A stretch of DNA of 64,000 nucleotides from Tubiluchus corallicola (GCA_030141605.1 JAQGDQ010000126.1:186001-250000); one strand, 5' to 3'. Counted from the first letter of the stretch, positions 40,101 to 52,860 are shown. Numbers and translations are program-made. Notes: a model not told the origin generated them from the sequence alone.

Positions 40101-43100
40101 AGCAAATATGTAATTTGGCAGCGCTCAATTCTGGCAGTGTACAATTTTGGCAAGCTGCACAATTCTGGCAGTGCTCAATTTTGGTAAGCTGCATAATAAT
40201 GGCCATGCTCAATTCTGGAAGGCTGTGCAAGTCTGGCAAAGCTCAATTTTGGCAACCTGTGCAATTTTAGCAGTGTTCAACTCTGACAGGCCGGACAATT
40301 TTAACATTGTTTTACAGCAAGGATATTAATTTATGCTATTTATTCTTTTATGATTCTCAGTGGTTGATTGTCTACATCATGGCCGTGTCCTTCACAGGTA
40401 TGTAGATTTCGTTTTTTTTTCAGTAAAATTATTGAAGTAAGCCTGTGTTTCCTAGTAAGAAAAGTTAGGTTACCAGAGTTAGGAGAAAAGAGAGCACACC
40501 ATACTCCCCTTTCTTAAGCCATCAACTACCCTTAGGTGATCCAGAATTCCTACATAGACTGTTGATCATGAACCAGGATTCACAGCTCTACCTCACTAAA
40601 CAATTAGTCAAAACCAAACTTTTATATTTTTTTACAATTAGGCATGTTAAAAATATGTATAATATCACCTTTATATGATAGTAAACTTCTACTACAAAAT
40701 CTCTTGGTACACAAAATATCATTATAAAATTTTGGCATATCAATTAAACACTTAATTAATCATTTAATTAACATCAATTAAAATCATTACTTTTAAGAAT
40801 ATTACACTTTTGAGATTTTGCTTTTAAGATCTCGCATTTTTAAGGTTCAGATTAATTCAGATATGAGTATATGTTGCTATGTACATTGTACAACAAAATA
40901 CAAAAATATAAAGTTATCACACTTCAACTGGCTTCCAATAAGTATGTGTACACCCATACATAGGTTGATACGTTACATAGGGGGAAGCTGTAAACATTGT
41001 AAGCTAAAACTCATGACACACTTCTAAAACAGTGCATGAAAAAAATGATACACTTGAGATCACTGTTTGCGAGGTTAAATGAATTCTCTGTGGCATATAT
41101 TAATTGAAATTTTCAATATTTAAACAGTAGTGTACTGTTACTTTCTATGACTTGTAACTTTGAATACAATTATCACCATATAGCAACTTATCCGTTTTTT
41201 GCTATCCTTTATGATTTTTGTGCTACTGATCAGCATGTTAGATACAACATAAAACACTGACAGTTAACAGAAACACTCACCAATCTTGGAACTGTGCCCT
41301 GGTCCATTCAAATTTATGATCCCAATGTCGAAAACCTCCACAATTGTCAAACAGTACATTAAATTCAGCATTAGGTGTTGTGATGATGACTAATCGAGGT
41401 TGGATGAATTCAAACACATTATGTGGGAAAATATTTAGTACGTCTGGACTGAGGTGTTCAATGCTGAAACAAGACCATACAACTGAGATTATATGAAACA
41501 CAGTTTATAATGCACAAGCTTGTCTAGAATTTATGTCAAATGACAATATCTATAATTAAATAATTATTCAAGTTTATCGTTTAATGATGGAACAAATGTA
41601 GTGAATGTTAAGAAAGGAAACTCAGTTTAGAGAAAGTCAGACTGAGCCTGGATTTCAACCAAGCACTTTTGAATTTTAAAGCATTAGACACAGTCCCTTG
41701 TTATTGTTGCAAGTCTTAATACCACACCAGGCAACACTAAATTTTCAAGTCTTACTTTATATACTAGGAAGCACCGTAATGACAAATCAAATAGATTAAA
41801 ATTGACTAAATTTTGATGACTTGCTTGTGAAGGAACCTGTAAATGGGTTTATTTTGTCATGATGTCCTTGTCATTTTCTTCATGTCATATGTTTTTGGTA
41901 CGCAAATGGCACATCAAACGAACAGTCTCAGTCTCCCATGGTTTTACAGGGAGTTTATCTTTTGATTTGGGATGTTCCGACAAAAAAAACCTCCAAGGAG
42001 AAAAATTATGCTACATGACAAGGTAGGTCTCTTTTATGAAAGCTTCCAGCATAGCCCACAAGAACAGGATAATTCCTAATTCTGTAGGCTGTTAAAGTAA
42101 CTTATATCTGTTAACAGTTAGCTTATTACCATCATTATGGGAGGAGCAGGCAAACAAAGAGCATGTAATCCAATGCTCAACATTCCCTGCTATTTGCAAG
42201 TTATTTTGAGCCTGGAACAGTGGACTGCTAATGCAAACGTCAATGATGCATTATCCAGGCTCAGTCCCCACATGTAACCTTAATTTTGTTCTCTTTAACT
42301 CAGTTAGCTTCAGCAGAAGTTTGGCATATGGTGAACTCGGTAAAAGTGCAGTAATTAAGTTATATTCTTGTATATTTTGCTTGAAATTATAATGTTCACC
42401 CTGAGGCTTCCAAGCGTTTAAATAAATTGGTTTGATGGTTAACTCAACTCAGTCAACCCTCCTTTTCATGCAGTAGCACCTGGCCAAAGAGGCTTGCAGA
42501 GCAATCGTGATCAGAGTTCTGCTGAGGCAATGAAGACAAAACTCGATACTGAGGTATCTCGGATGATTATCTACAAGATATTGAGAGCCAAAGTCTAGAA
42601 TTATATAATATGATATATAATATAATATAATTCCATCATGACGGTCAACAACTATTATCATTGCAAATAAAAATTCAAGTTTTAATGTTACAGTTACAAT
42701 AATATATGACCAGTTACAGTGGCTACAAATCCCAGTAATTGGGTGTTCCAACTTAAATAGCAAGTGTATCGACTTGACTCAAACAAGGGACAATTTAAAC
42801 ATTACAAGCAACGGCATTAAACTTGTAATACTTACCGAACAATTCGTGACACTACATGTATTTACTTTGTATGGACGATCAAACACAAGGTTTATAATTA
42901 ATAGGTTATTCATAATCAGCGTATCACAAGGTTTACTAAAAATATGGTAGTTTAAGAAAAAAGTGCTCCAACATCCTCCTTGCCCACCATAGTTAATTTG
43001 TGGCACATCATTCCAATTTTCCTTTTACAGCATCTCACTCATTTTCTTTTACCAAATACTTAAATTAGTTAAACAAAAAAGTGTCTAACATCTCCTAAGC

Positions 43101-46100
43101 AAAAAGCAAATATAAAAAACAAGAAGATTTTGTCATATATACGAAATATTTAAAATGTGGTTTAGTACACGTTACATGTAAATGTCTATGTGCAATAGTC
43201 TGCTGTCTGAAAACTACAAAATTATTTAAAAGCTCTCATCGTGGTTTATAAAGACAAACAAAATCATTTATCCAGTATTCAGTAAACGTTGTGCATAAAT
43301 TAAAAAAGAAACAGCAAAAACTGTAAGCTCATTCACTTTATGCTCTGCACAAGCAGTAAGTATACATTTCTGGCCTTCAATCTAAAAATATGATAGTAAA
43401 TTACTGGAAGCGTCATCATTATTGAAGTAGTATTTTCCTTTAAGTACATAAAGATACGTAGCCCTTACACTTCCACTAAAGTGACAATATCAGCTGACGT
43501 CAACCGTGAATCGAAGTCAGTAATATCACCATGGTATAGACATATCGACAAAAGCGAAGTTCTTTGGCAAATGAAATCTGTAACTAAGGGTTGAATTCGA
43601 TGCTTAGCACTTTCTAGAATCTTCCTGTAAATATAGCAAACACACTTTAATTTTTCATGCAATGAGTGACTGGTGAAGCTTAGATTTTACCATAGACTTG
43701 CCTGGAGGCGGTTCTGTTGTTCAACAAATTAACTTAATCCTCGATGGTTTTTTGTTTAGCACATGTACTACTACTTTCTAGGAATGTGAATAAACTGAAC
43801 ACGTTCTATTTTAGTTCTGTGTAAAAGGTAAAAATAATATATTGCACATTAAGAGGTTTACAGTGCCTCTGTAATGCACATAATGTGGTTTTAATACAAT
43901 ATTATAGTAACAAAATTAACATACATAGCTTATCACTGTTGGAATCATATTTTATGCAATTTGCAGATTCAGTTAGTAGAAAACATGGCATTGAGTTTCC
44001 TTCTGAGAAGAGCCTAAATTTTTGACAGTTTCTAACCCGACCTATTCTGGCTAGCGTACAAGCGCAAGTCAGTTAATACAATCTGACTGGGTAAAACCTT
44101 GGGTTTGCACTTGAGGTAAGTAGAAAATAGTGTACTAACTTTATTGTAGTGTTAAAAATCATTTATTTGATCAAAATGAACTGATAAACCTATGTAAGAA
44201 GACCTTAAAAATACCTTCTTATATGTAAATTTTTTTAAATAAAGTATAAGGTACTCGCAAAACAACAATCACTGCCGATAAAACGTATAAAAAATCATAG
44301 TAATTAACTACACATATGTATACATCCAGGCACACAGCCTGAGTAGCTGAGTTTGAGTAAAAGCACTGATTAAATAAGGAAAAATCATTTAAATATATTT
44401 CATCTTGTAACTAAGTCTGATCATCCCCAGTTATTTGATACTTGATTATTCCTTCAAGTTGCCCAAGACAGCTTAAATTGTACAATGACAAACTATGAAA
44501 TCAATGAATTCATAGCTGACTGCTGCTCTGACCTGACAAAAAGTCCAGTCCATGAAGAGAAAATCAACCAAACCTGTAGCCCTGGGTCTCAAGAATTATA
44601 TTAACTTTGTTCCCATATATATTATTAGTACAGATAGTAAGCATACCTATCTATATCCACACCAATGATTGTTTGAACGCCGTCAATGTTTTTTAGTCTT
44701 TGCAAAAGACTGCATTCTGCACATCCAAAATCCACTATCTACATCATGCACGGAAAAGACATGTCTATTATAATTACTGAACTTGTGATAAGGATTGTTG
44801 TTACTGACAAAAACTCTTCACAGTATGAAAATATGAGGTGGAGTTCTCAGGGGTGGGTTTCATTTGAACGGCTCATGACCGCCTGAGTTTCGATACTTGC
44901 TCAACTTAGCAGGCAATACCCAATACTAACTACAGTTATTTATCTCATACAGAGAAGGATACGTGTGTTTGTGTGTGTGCGTGCGTGTGTGCGAAAGTCA
45001 TTTTTGAAGTTGTTGTTCAGTCACTTCGTTATGATTGAGTTTAGACACAGAGAAGTATGGATAGGAACCAAAAATCTATAACAAATATTTGCATTGCACA
45101 CAACAGAAAAGTGTTTATTGAACTATAGAAAACGTGAGTAGCAAAACTGCTGCACTGAACATTGAGCAAAAGCAGTCAGTAAAACCTGTTTCACAGCCAG
45201 TATACAGGTATAGAACTTGACCTATGCAGACTTGCACAGGCTTCACAACAGCCATTAATTTTAGATAGGGAGAGGACCAGGGCCTATTTCAGGGGTGGGG
45301 GGGTAAGTGGGGATACTTCCCCGGGGCCTCACCCTCCAGGGGGGCCTCGCGCCAAGGTAACATTTTTTTTTTGCTTTATGCAAACATACTGCCTCCTCTC
45401 TCCGTCTCTCTCTCTCTTGCCGCACACGCGCCGTTTGCCAGTATTGACAAGTATTAAGGACTGGTCTTGAGAATAAAGCAGTTTTTCTTTCAATTGTTCT
45501 TTCCTTTAACAACTGTATAACTCCATATTTCCTCTTCTAAAATGCTTCTCCGGCATTCTAGCAGTTCAAAAATTTTCTGGGCGTCAACCATGGTGCCCCC
45601 CCCCGAGGGGCCTCGCACGCCCCACTTCCGCGGGCCTCGCTTAGGCTGAAATAGGCCCTGGGGAGGACCAGTGTGTATGTAGTCACTGGACCATACAATT
45701 ATACTGAAGGTAAGTCAGCTGGTAGAATGTAACAAGATTAGCTCACAGATGGCAGCACATAACTACAATTTACAGGCTAAGTCACCTCTGCCAGTTCACC
45801 CAGTTCAGTGGGATATCATTGATACCGAGCTGGGCTCCAGTATCGCCATATATGTCACATTGAGTAAATTCTGCTGTTGATTAATACGTTCAACATTACA
45901 ATGTGCCAAGGTGTGCAAAAATACGCAAATAAATATGAGTTGTTCGATTTATATTGTAAGTGCAGAGCTATTAACACACCTAAAACATAAACATTTTTTA
46001 TTTAAATAAATGATAAATTTAAGTAACAAACAATAACAAAATGTGAGAAAGAGAAAGAGTGAGCGAGTGAGAGTGAGAGAGAGAGGGGGGAGGACAGGGA

Positions 46101-46109
46101 GAGAGAGAA

Positions 46110-46183
<74 letters not shown>

Positions 46184-46349
46184 AAGACAAAGAGAAGATG
46201 ATCCAGCTTACTTTTTTGGGTGTGAAACTGGCATTTTTTATCTCTTCACATACTCGACAATACCTTTGCATGTACACAGGCATGTGAAACTTAGGTCCTC
46301 CAAGCAAAACATCACTTTCTACCTCTACTTGCTGTTCTTTGCCACTCAT
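37077..46349 (-). CDS. HENMT1: Small RNA (piRNA) 2'-O-methyltransferase HEN1, 7 coding exons, 404 aa
   Basis: complement join(46349-46212,44738-44647,43624-43469,41463-41281,38960-38792,38314-37953,37191-37077) = 1215 nt, GT-AG, phases consistent. Motifs: F..PVYMQRY, IVDFGCAE, GVDID, LYHGDI, EVIEH, TTPNAEFN, FRHWDHKFEWTRAQFQDW, GIGEPP..VGCCSQMAVF, IPLYKLLAFP. Confidence 0.95.
37953..38314 (-). CDS. HENMT1: HENMT1 exon (absent from the ORF track)
   Basis: ttccag acceptor; VTEVEYPWKKPASKDSQLLNEIFYY...FVTIPLYKLLAFPRIAELCDNNVQIL, open for 362 nt; GTAAAT donor. Confidence 0.88.
38792..38960 (-). CDS. HENMT1: HENMT1 exon
   Basis: CEEIITLYPAYSVKYDGIGEPPSGSEDVGCCSQMAVFTR...VYEL; tttcag acceptor, GTAAGT donor. 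Confidence 0.92.
39770..40305. repeat. Minisatellite with a 34-bp unit (16+18 dimer) in a HENMT1 intron
   Basis: GGCAGAGCTCAATTCTAGCAAACTACGTAATTTA at 39847, 39881, 39915, 39949, 39983, 40017, 40051 and 40085, flanked by diverged 16-18-mers. Confidence 0.92.
41281..41463 (-). CDS. HENMT1: HENMT1 exon (metal-binding residues)
   Basis: IEHLSPDVL...TTPNAEFNVLF...FRHWDHKFEWTRAQFQD; tttcag acceptor, GTGAGT donor. Confidence 0.94.
43469..43624 (-). CDS. HENMT1: HENMT1 exon
   Basis: KILESAKHRIQPLVTDFICQRTSLLSICLYHGDITDFDSRLTSADIVTLVE; ttacag acceptor, GTAAGG donor. Confidence 0.92.
44647..44738 (-). CDS. HENMT1: HENMT1 exon (SAM-binding motif I)
   Basis: IVDFGCAECSLLQRLKNIDGVQTIIGVDID; tgtag acceptor, GTATGC donor. 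Confidence 0.92.
45278..45660. mobile_element. hAT-type MITE with perfect 15-bp TIRs and 8-bp TSD
   Basis: CAGGGCCTATTTCAG ... CTGAAATAGGCCCTG; flanks GAGAGGAC and GGGAGGAC (7/8); GGGCCTC subterminal repeats. Confidence 0.85.
46045..46196. repeat. (GA)n microsatellite
   Basis: Uninterrupted GA run at about 46113-46178 with purine-rich flanks. Confidence 0.95.
46212..46349 (-). CDS. HENMT1: HENMT1 first confident coding exon
   Basis: MSGKEQQVEVESDVLLGGPKFHMPVYMQRYCRVCEEIKNASFTPKK; GTAAGC donor; acceptor ttactag 2 nt before the ATG. Confidence 0.88.
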
Positions 46350-48239
46350 ATCTAGTAATAAAGCCAAAAACTTAAAATGTCATGCAGTTATTAGCCATTA
46401 TTGTAATAAGCAAGTGTTCCCATTAGCATTGCTTTACATGTCATAGTAGAAGTTGGCTTAAAAACAAGCTGCAAGTCTGAGCTGCACAAGTGATCATAGT
46501 ATGTGTATCGTGCACAAAATAATACAATCAAAAACTTTCTTAAAATAAGAAGAAAATGTAATCAGACAGTTACAATTGACAGTGCATCACAATGATGCTG
46601 ACATAACGGGGGCAGCACACTCTAAAGTAGTGTACACAAGATCAGATTCCCTAGCAAAGTCCTAACAAATCTTATCCAGGAAGGTACATTTTCTACAACA
46701 TTAGCTGTATTTGTACTTGTACAAATTCTGTAAGAAAATTTGACATCGCTGTCAGATGCGCATTGGTAAATAACAGCTACATGTTTTTGTTTACGCATGA
46801 AAATAGAATGGAAACAAAACTGTAGCAGGATGTACTGCTTTGCGTTGTTAACTTTGTATATAATAAGCATTAGAACGTTATGGTATATCTGTTACAGCTC
46901 ATTTCTTGGATGGTCGCACACAAAACCCAAATGTAGGGCCACAAGATCGCCTTATCTTTAGCAGCGAGTCCGAAAATCATTCCATTTAGGATTAAAACTA
47001 ATGGGTCATGCCGTTACGCAATGTCCTAAGTAAAAGATATATATTGTTTTGTAACAGAAGCACGTTAAAACTTAATAACATTAAATATTGTTTAATAACA
47101 CATCATCAAGCTTTGTATACATCAAAAATTTGGACACCTATTACATTGGTTCGGTATCATGTTTTTCCTTTGAAATTAGCATCACATTTTTCATGAACAG
47201 AATTTTGATTGCTCAAAATGATATCTTTTTATTTGATTTTTTGACTACGTCGTAGGATTAAGTGAGAGATTAAATAGACAAACAAAATGTATGTGGTCCA
47301 TACATCAATATTTTCTGGGCAAAAAGATTGATTTTTCACTCCTCTACAGATCTTACAGCAGTTATTTTTTGTGCTGCCGTTGGATGCAATTACATATACT
47401 TATCACCCACACAGCCTAAATAGTTTCTGTGTCTAAAACTGTTTACTGTCAGCATAGTAGCTGAAAAAGTGTCATTTGTGAGTTTTTTGAAAGTGATTTG
47501 AAAGACAAATGTACTGCTGAAACATATAAGGCAAAAAAGCCTGTGTATAAGAAAAAAGATGCTATACACAAAATCTAACTTTGTACTTCATATGCACTTT
47601 TCTAAATTAAATTGTTCCTTCTCACCTTGTGACGGACACATGAGGCACAAATTTTCTGGAAAAAAAGTAGAAGTAGGCAATTGTTTGGGTAGTCAATTTT
47701 TTGTTGCCTATTTCCATTTCTAGCACAAAAATGCTTAATTTGCACCCAGGGGGTATCTTTGTTCTGATTTTACACACAATGAATAAATATTATTTTTATT
47801 ATAATTTCCTTGAGTAAAGGTTTAGGGTGCTGCTGCACTTTTGCACCTCCTAGTTTTTAAGCTATGCTTGGGTTAAGGTTAGCATTTTTTGTACCCTATC
47901 TAAAAAATAATCAAAACTCTATAGTGCAAAAACCCTAGAGTGAAAACTATGAGGTACGAAAGTGTAATGTAATTTTGTACGAAAGTACAAAATTTAGAAT
48001 AATTGTAAAACCACAGCATTTAATACATTTTTATGAGAAAGTAAATATATGTATGTCTGTCTTTTGGATGCTTTTATGGTAAGTTTCCACAGTAGAAATT
48101 TGACATGCAAATCGCTGACAAAATTCTACAGTTTGGCAACAATGTAATGACTTGTGAAGAATCTGAATCTGAATCTGATTCTGAGTAGCAGTCCTTCACA
48201 TTGAAGGTTACATGCTCATTGGTGAACATGTTAGTGTGC

Positions 48240-48520
48240 TTGTTGTGAAAATGAAAAAAATATGAAGGTTGAGGTATATGCCAGGTTTTCTAATATAACT
48301 ACATAATCTAAAACCTGATCCTGAAATATATACCTATAAATATCCAGATGATACTGCCATTTCAATAATGTTTAGCCGAGCTGAACAATGCTCTTTGAAA
48401 GACTGCACGAACTATTTTTCTGACTGGCTGGTTTGTAACAAAGTAATAATAAATGAATCTAAGACCTAAGTAATGTTAATCAGCTTTAGGAAAACACCAG
48501 TGGTTTTAGATCAATTCAAT
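48240..48520 (+). mobile_element. LINE RT fragment (left piece of an interrupted element)
   Basis: IYTYKYPDDTAISI...DWLVCNKVIINESKT*VMLISFRKTP, i.e. the RT YxDD region. Confidence 0.6.
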
Positions 48521-51310
48521 AGGTTTGCTAACGATTAATAATGTTTATTACTATTCAATTAAATCTTGTAACCCAAAAGTTAAATTACATTACATTAATT
48601 AAGATACACTGAAGTTTAAAATATAATTAAATTACATTACATTAGAAATACAATAATAATATTTATACGATAAAGATTAACCTTATTAAAATAGATTAAA
48701 TAGGTGTCACAATTTATACACTAGTAATAAACTTATTGATAATTAAAAAGTGCATACGGTATAAAACTATTTTTACAACCCTCTGTACGACAAAGCGGTA
48801 CAGGGTACATCAGCTGCTTATGAAGAGAGTGCCTAAGTATTGTGTTTAAGTAACAAATAATGGAGTCTGCTATCTAGATTTTGGATTCACTTGAAAAATT
48901 TCCTGCAAAGGTCATTTCTACACACAGATAAATATTCAAAGTATGGCAGTTGCAAAGCATTTATGTAAGGTGTGCACTGGAAAATTTATTTTAAAATACA
49001 CTTTTGGATTGACTCTAGTAGTAATTTTATTTGTTCTAATGTTAAAGAAGTTTGTCATGCAGGACAGGCACATCCCAATATCGGTCTTATTAAAGTACAG
49101 TAAACAGTAACCGTAACTTTCTGAGAAATGCCAACTCACTTTAATAGTCGAATCAACTGAAGGCCTTTGATTCTGTGTATCTCTTTCACATGCACATGCA
49201 AGTTAAATTATCAGATATATGGACAAGTAGCAGTTTGACTCTTTCGACACTATTTACTATTGATAGTGACGAGAGGAATATTTGTCTCAGCTTTGGAAAA
49301 ATTAATATACATTTCTTTAGACTTAGAATTAATAAATTTCATATTGTTTAATTGGGCCATTCTAGTGCTTGTTTTGTTGCAGTCTGCAAATTGGTAGTTT
49401 TGCCAGGGCCACAGATGTCAATGAGAGCTATGTCATCAATATATTTGATATCTGTATTTAAGTTTCAAAATTCTTTAAACCAGCAATGAATAATTTGGTA
49501 GAGTTCATAGTGCTAGCAGCACACCGCCATTAATTATGCCCAATGTTGAAAATTTTTGACCAATCTGTATTGTCTTAATCACAACAATCATATAAACCCG
49601 CTCAGTATTACATTAGAAACACCGCTCTGTTCCAGGTTACTTAAAAGTAATCTATGATTGATAATGTCAAACGCTTCGGCAAAGTCTAACAAGAGGATTG
49701 TGCTAAAATGGCCTAATTTATCAAAGATTTAATATTATGTGAAATGATGCAATAGTGAAACAAGAGTGTGAGTGGTTGAGCTACCGGTTAATAAGCCAAA
49801 CTGGTTTTGTTTAATCTGAGGTCAAATAGCTTCCCACATTCATTCACAAACAAAATTTTACAAATGTCTGGTATTAAGAAGACTGAACGTAAATCTTTAT
49901 TAAGTGAGGTAATCTTGTTTGACTTTGGAATGAGTACCACTGTGGTAGATCTCCAAAGAAGTGGTATGAAGTTCTCTTGAATGCTACTGTTAACTACTGC
50001 GCAAATTGGTTTGCCTATAATGGCAGCTGAGTCAGATAAAATCCAGTTCAGAATTTCAGGTGACTTATGCTTTAATAATTTCCATTCAACTTCGTCAACA
50101 GAAATAATGTAGTTATCAGGTATGGTACAAGATGCATCATATTTTACTTTCAATAAGCTGCAAATGTTGACATACCAAAACAAAAATTTGGTTCACATCA
50201 TTAGCCAATTTACCAAGATTACCTTCATATCTATTTAATTCTACATTTCTAAACTGTTACTGCAAGGTTTTATACCAATAATTTATTTAATGTGAGTTTG
50301 CTATAATTAGCTGTTGTCAAGGAAAGATTTGCCAATCTGTTTTAGTAGAAGTCTTTTTGTAGCCGTTTTCTCTCTCTGTTGATCTTGCGATAAAATTTGT
50401 ACAACTGAATGTGTCCAGATGGCCAAGCTGTTTGTCTTTTATGGGTCTATTTTTTGAAATGGTCAGTTATCCAAGGTCTGTCATTGGAACACCTTTTGAC
50501 AGTTTTGATTGGTAAATCCAAAAGTTGCATTATTATTGACTAAAAGAAGTTAAACTGATCATTACAAGAAGGTAGTTTGTACATAGGAGTCCAGTTAATT
50601 TTTTGAAGAGCTGACACGAACAATCCATTGCTGTTACTATCTGTTAAGAGAACATACACTTTCGATACCTTGGCTAGTGCACTATTTTTGTACAGAGGGT
50701 GACAGTAACAGTATGGTGGTCCAATGATCCTACTGGAAGAATATCTTTGGGTATATCGTACAGGAATTTGACGTTTGTAATCACTTTGTCCAAAGCAGTG
50801 TCTTTACGGGATGGAGATGCAAAAATTTGACTTAGAGAATATGTGAGTTTTACAGTACTATCATCAAATTGATTAAAGTCACCAAAAACAAAATACCTGA
50901 CTGAGGATGTAATGATAAGATGCGATCGAGAGTTTGTGTCAGATGATCAGTTAATGCCTGGTTGTCTACATTAGGTAGGTTATAGATAACCCAAATGTCA
51001 AGCTAGTACAGCATCTTGGCAATTTATGTGGGCAGATAATAAACCAGAAAGTCTCAAACAGATTGTTTTGTAGTTCAGTTCATTCCTTTAAAGGCAGCGT
51101 ACTTTTGATAGAAGCAGTGACATCCGTCCTTGCTATCATTCTGTAGTGAAGTGTATGAGTCTAACGGAATAGTACCGTAAGAAATGCTTTCAGAGCAGCA
51201 AGTTTCAGTAATGTACAACACATATGACTCTTTTTATGACATAAACTTCGCAATTCGTCGACTTTTGTTACAAGGGATCAAGTATTAGTGCCAATAATGG
51301 TGGGCAAATC
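48521..51310 (-). mobile_element. Near full-length degenerate LINE ORF2 (APE endonuclease + RT; CR1/L2 group) with 3' UTR
   Basis: Ordered minus-strand motifs: CITET, FGDFN, RKDTALDKVITN, GSLDHH, VVNSSI...PLLWR..VVLIPK...DLRSV, LLDFAEAFDIINH, KYIDD, ISDNLT, LIRPILG, NSFIPYAL. AATAAA at about 48549. Confidence 0.85.
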
Positions 51311-51999
51311 CCATTTTAAACCTGGTATGGGTATTAAATTAGGTCTTAGCAGTGAACAGTTTTAACACATCATCATCTTAGGTGCTTCTGTTATGAAATA
51401 TTGCACCATTCACAATTTGATGCTACATTCCCCAATCTGCTGCCAAATGCCAATTATTCATGTCACTTAAAGCATCCAATGTTAAACAGTAGGTCAAAAC
51501 AACCTATTCTTTAAAATACTGAAAGGAAACATACTATTTTTTAAAGAATGCCTTACGTGAAAGAATTATTACCACGCAAATGCAATTTCGCATTCACGCC
51601 ACTAATTCTTCACTGTTACATGTATTTCGCCATTCACTAGTTAGACGGGCACTGGTGCTTGCATTTCGGAGTGCTGCACAAAAAACAGGTGCTGTACCTC
51701 GCAGTTCAGATGTGTTAGTTTGTGATGAACTGAACACGTTCGACAGCTCATGCATGAGAACAGCGGTAAATTTGAATTTTTATCTTAAAACTTGCTGAGT
51801 TTTAGTACAATACACTGAATCTCTTACAGTAGCACTGTACTTCAATTTTTGCTTTTGCAAACATGCTCATGGAATGCTTTTGATGTTGAAAATTATGTTA
51901 GTTTGTGATGTCATCACTAGTTGGGCTCCCCCGCCATTAATTAAGATTTTAATCTATTATTTAATTACCAGAAACGCTTGTGCAATATTATTGGTGTTA

Positions 52000-52500
52000 A
52001 AATGTATACTTTTTACCATACTTGAAACTGGGGTAGTATATGAAAAATCATCATGTCTTCCTTTAAGTCAAGTGGAGTATTTAATAAAACTTTCGACAGA
52101 ACATCCAGATGTCCTCCTCTTGGCTGCTTCCCAGGTAATAGTGTTTGATATAATGCTGTAGTAAGTGGAGAGTCCTTTGGTAATCTAATGACGTGTCCAA
52201 TCCATCTTAGCGCATGCTTTTGTATGACTTCACTTCATTCCTTATTCTTTGTTAAATCATATAGATCCTGATTTGAAATTTGTAATCTGCAGGTTACTAG
52301 TATTGAAATTCTTTGATTTGAAACTGTCAGTTTAGTCTTTTTGCGTGTATCAGATACTTACAAATTTATAATGAGCATAAGTGTTGGCACACAGTAGTAG
52401 GAACATGGTTTGAAGGCTTGTACAAATATGGATAACTTAATATTAAACAGTTCCTCTTTCAAGAAAATAAGTCTCTTAGAACTCATTGCACTTAGGACAG
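52000..52500 (-). mobile_element. RTE-type LINE 3' fragment
   Basis: ISNQDLY...LRWIGHVIRLPKDSP...PGKQPRGG matches the RTE C-terminal LRWxGHVxR...GKRPRGRP motif. Confidence 0.65.
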
Positions 52501-52654
52501 TATTTTAACTGAAGTATAAGAATGCACTATAGGTAGACTCGTTACTGTTAATTTACCCAGGTAAGCTAATACATTGCACTTATAGCGAACAGGTTTCTTG
52601 GACAGCGTACAAGTACCAAAGCTTGTCACGTAAAATAAACAATGGAGTGCGTAA

Positions 52655-52860
52655 AATAATTAATGTTGAAATAGAGTCAGTTAGCAGCTTTATGGTGCTA
52701 GGAGTAACTATCTTCAACAATTTAACTTGGCATCTTTAAGTTCATATACAAGGGTGTATCCCTAACTTCTTAAACACAGTGGTCTCTAATAACCATTGAC
52801 TTCTATATTATAAAACTGTAGTTAGATCAGTTGTGGAATAAGCCTGTCAGGTTGTAGATG
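52655..52860 (+). mobile_element. LINE RT fragment (right piece, continuing 48240-48520)
   Basis: INVEIESVSSFMVLGVTIFNNLTW...LLYYKTVVRSVVE*ACQV. Confidence 0.6.

Noticed and set aside
39847-40118. 34-bp repeats as a CRISPR array
   Set aside because: Units are contiguous with no unique spacers, there are no cas genes, and the context is a eukaryotic intron.
46002-46211. SLSLSL extension of the 121-aa ORF
   Set aside because: Read-through past the GTAAGC donor into the (CT)n microsatellite.
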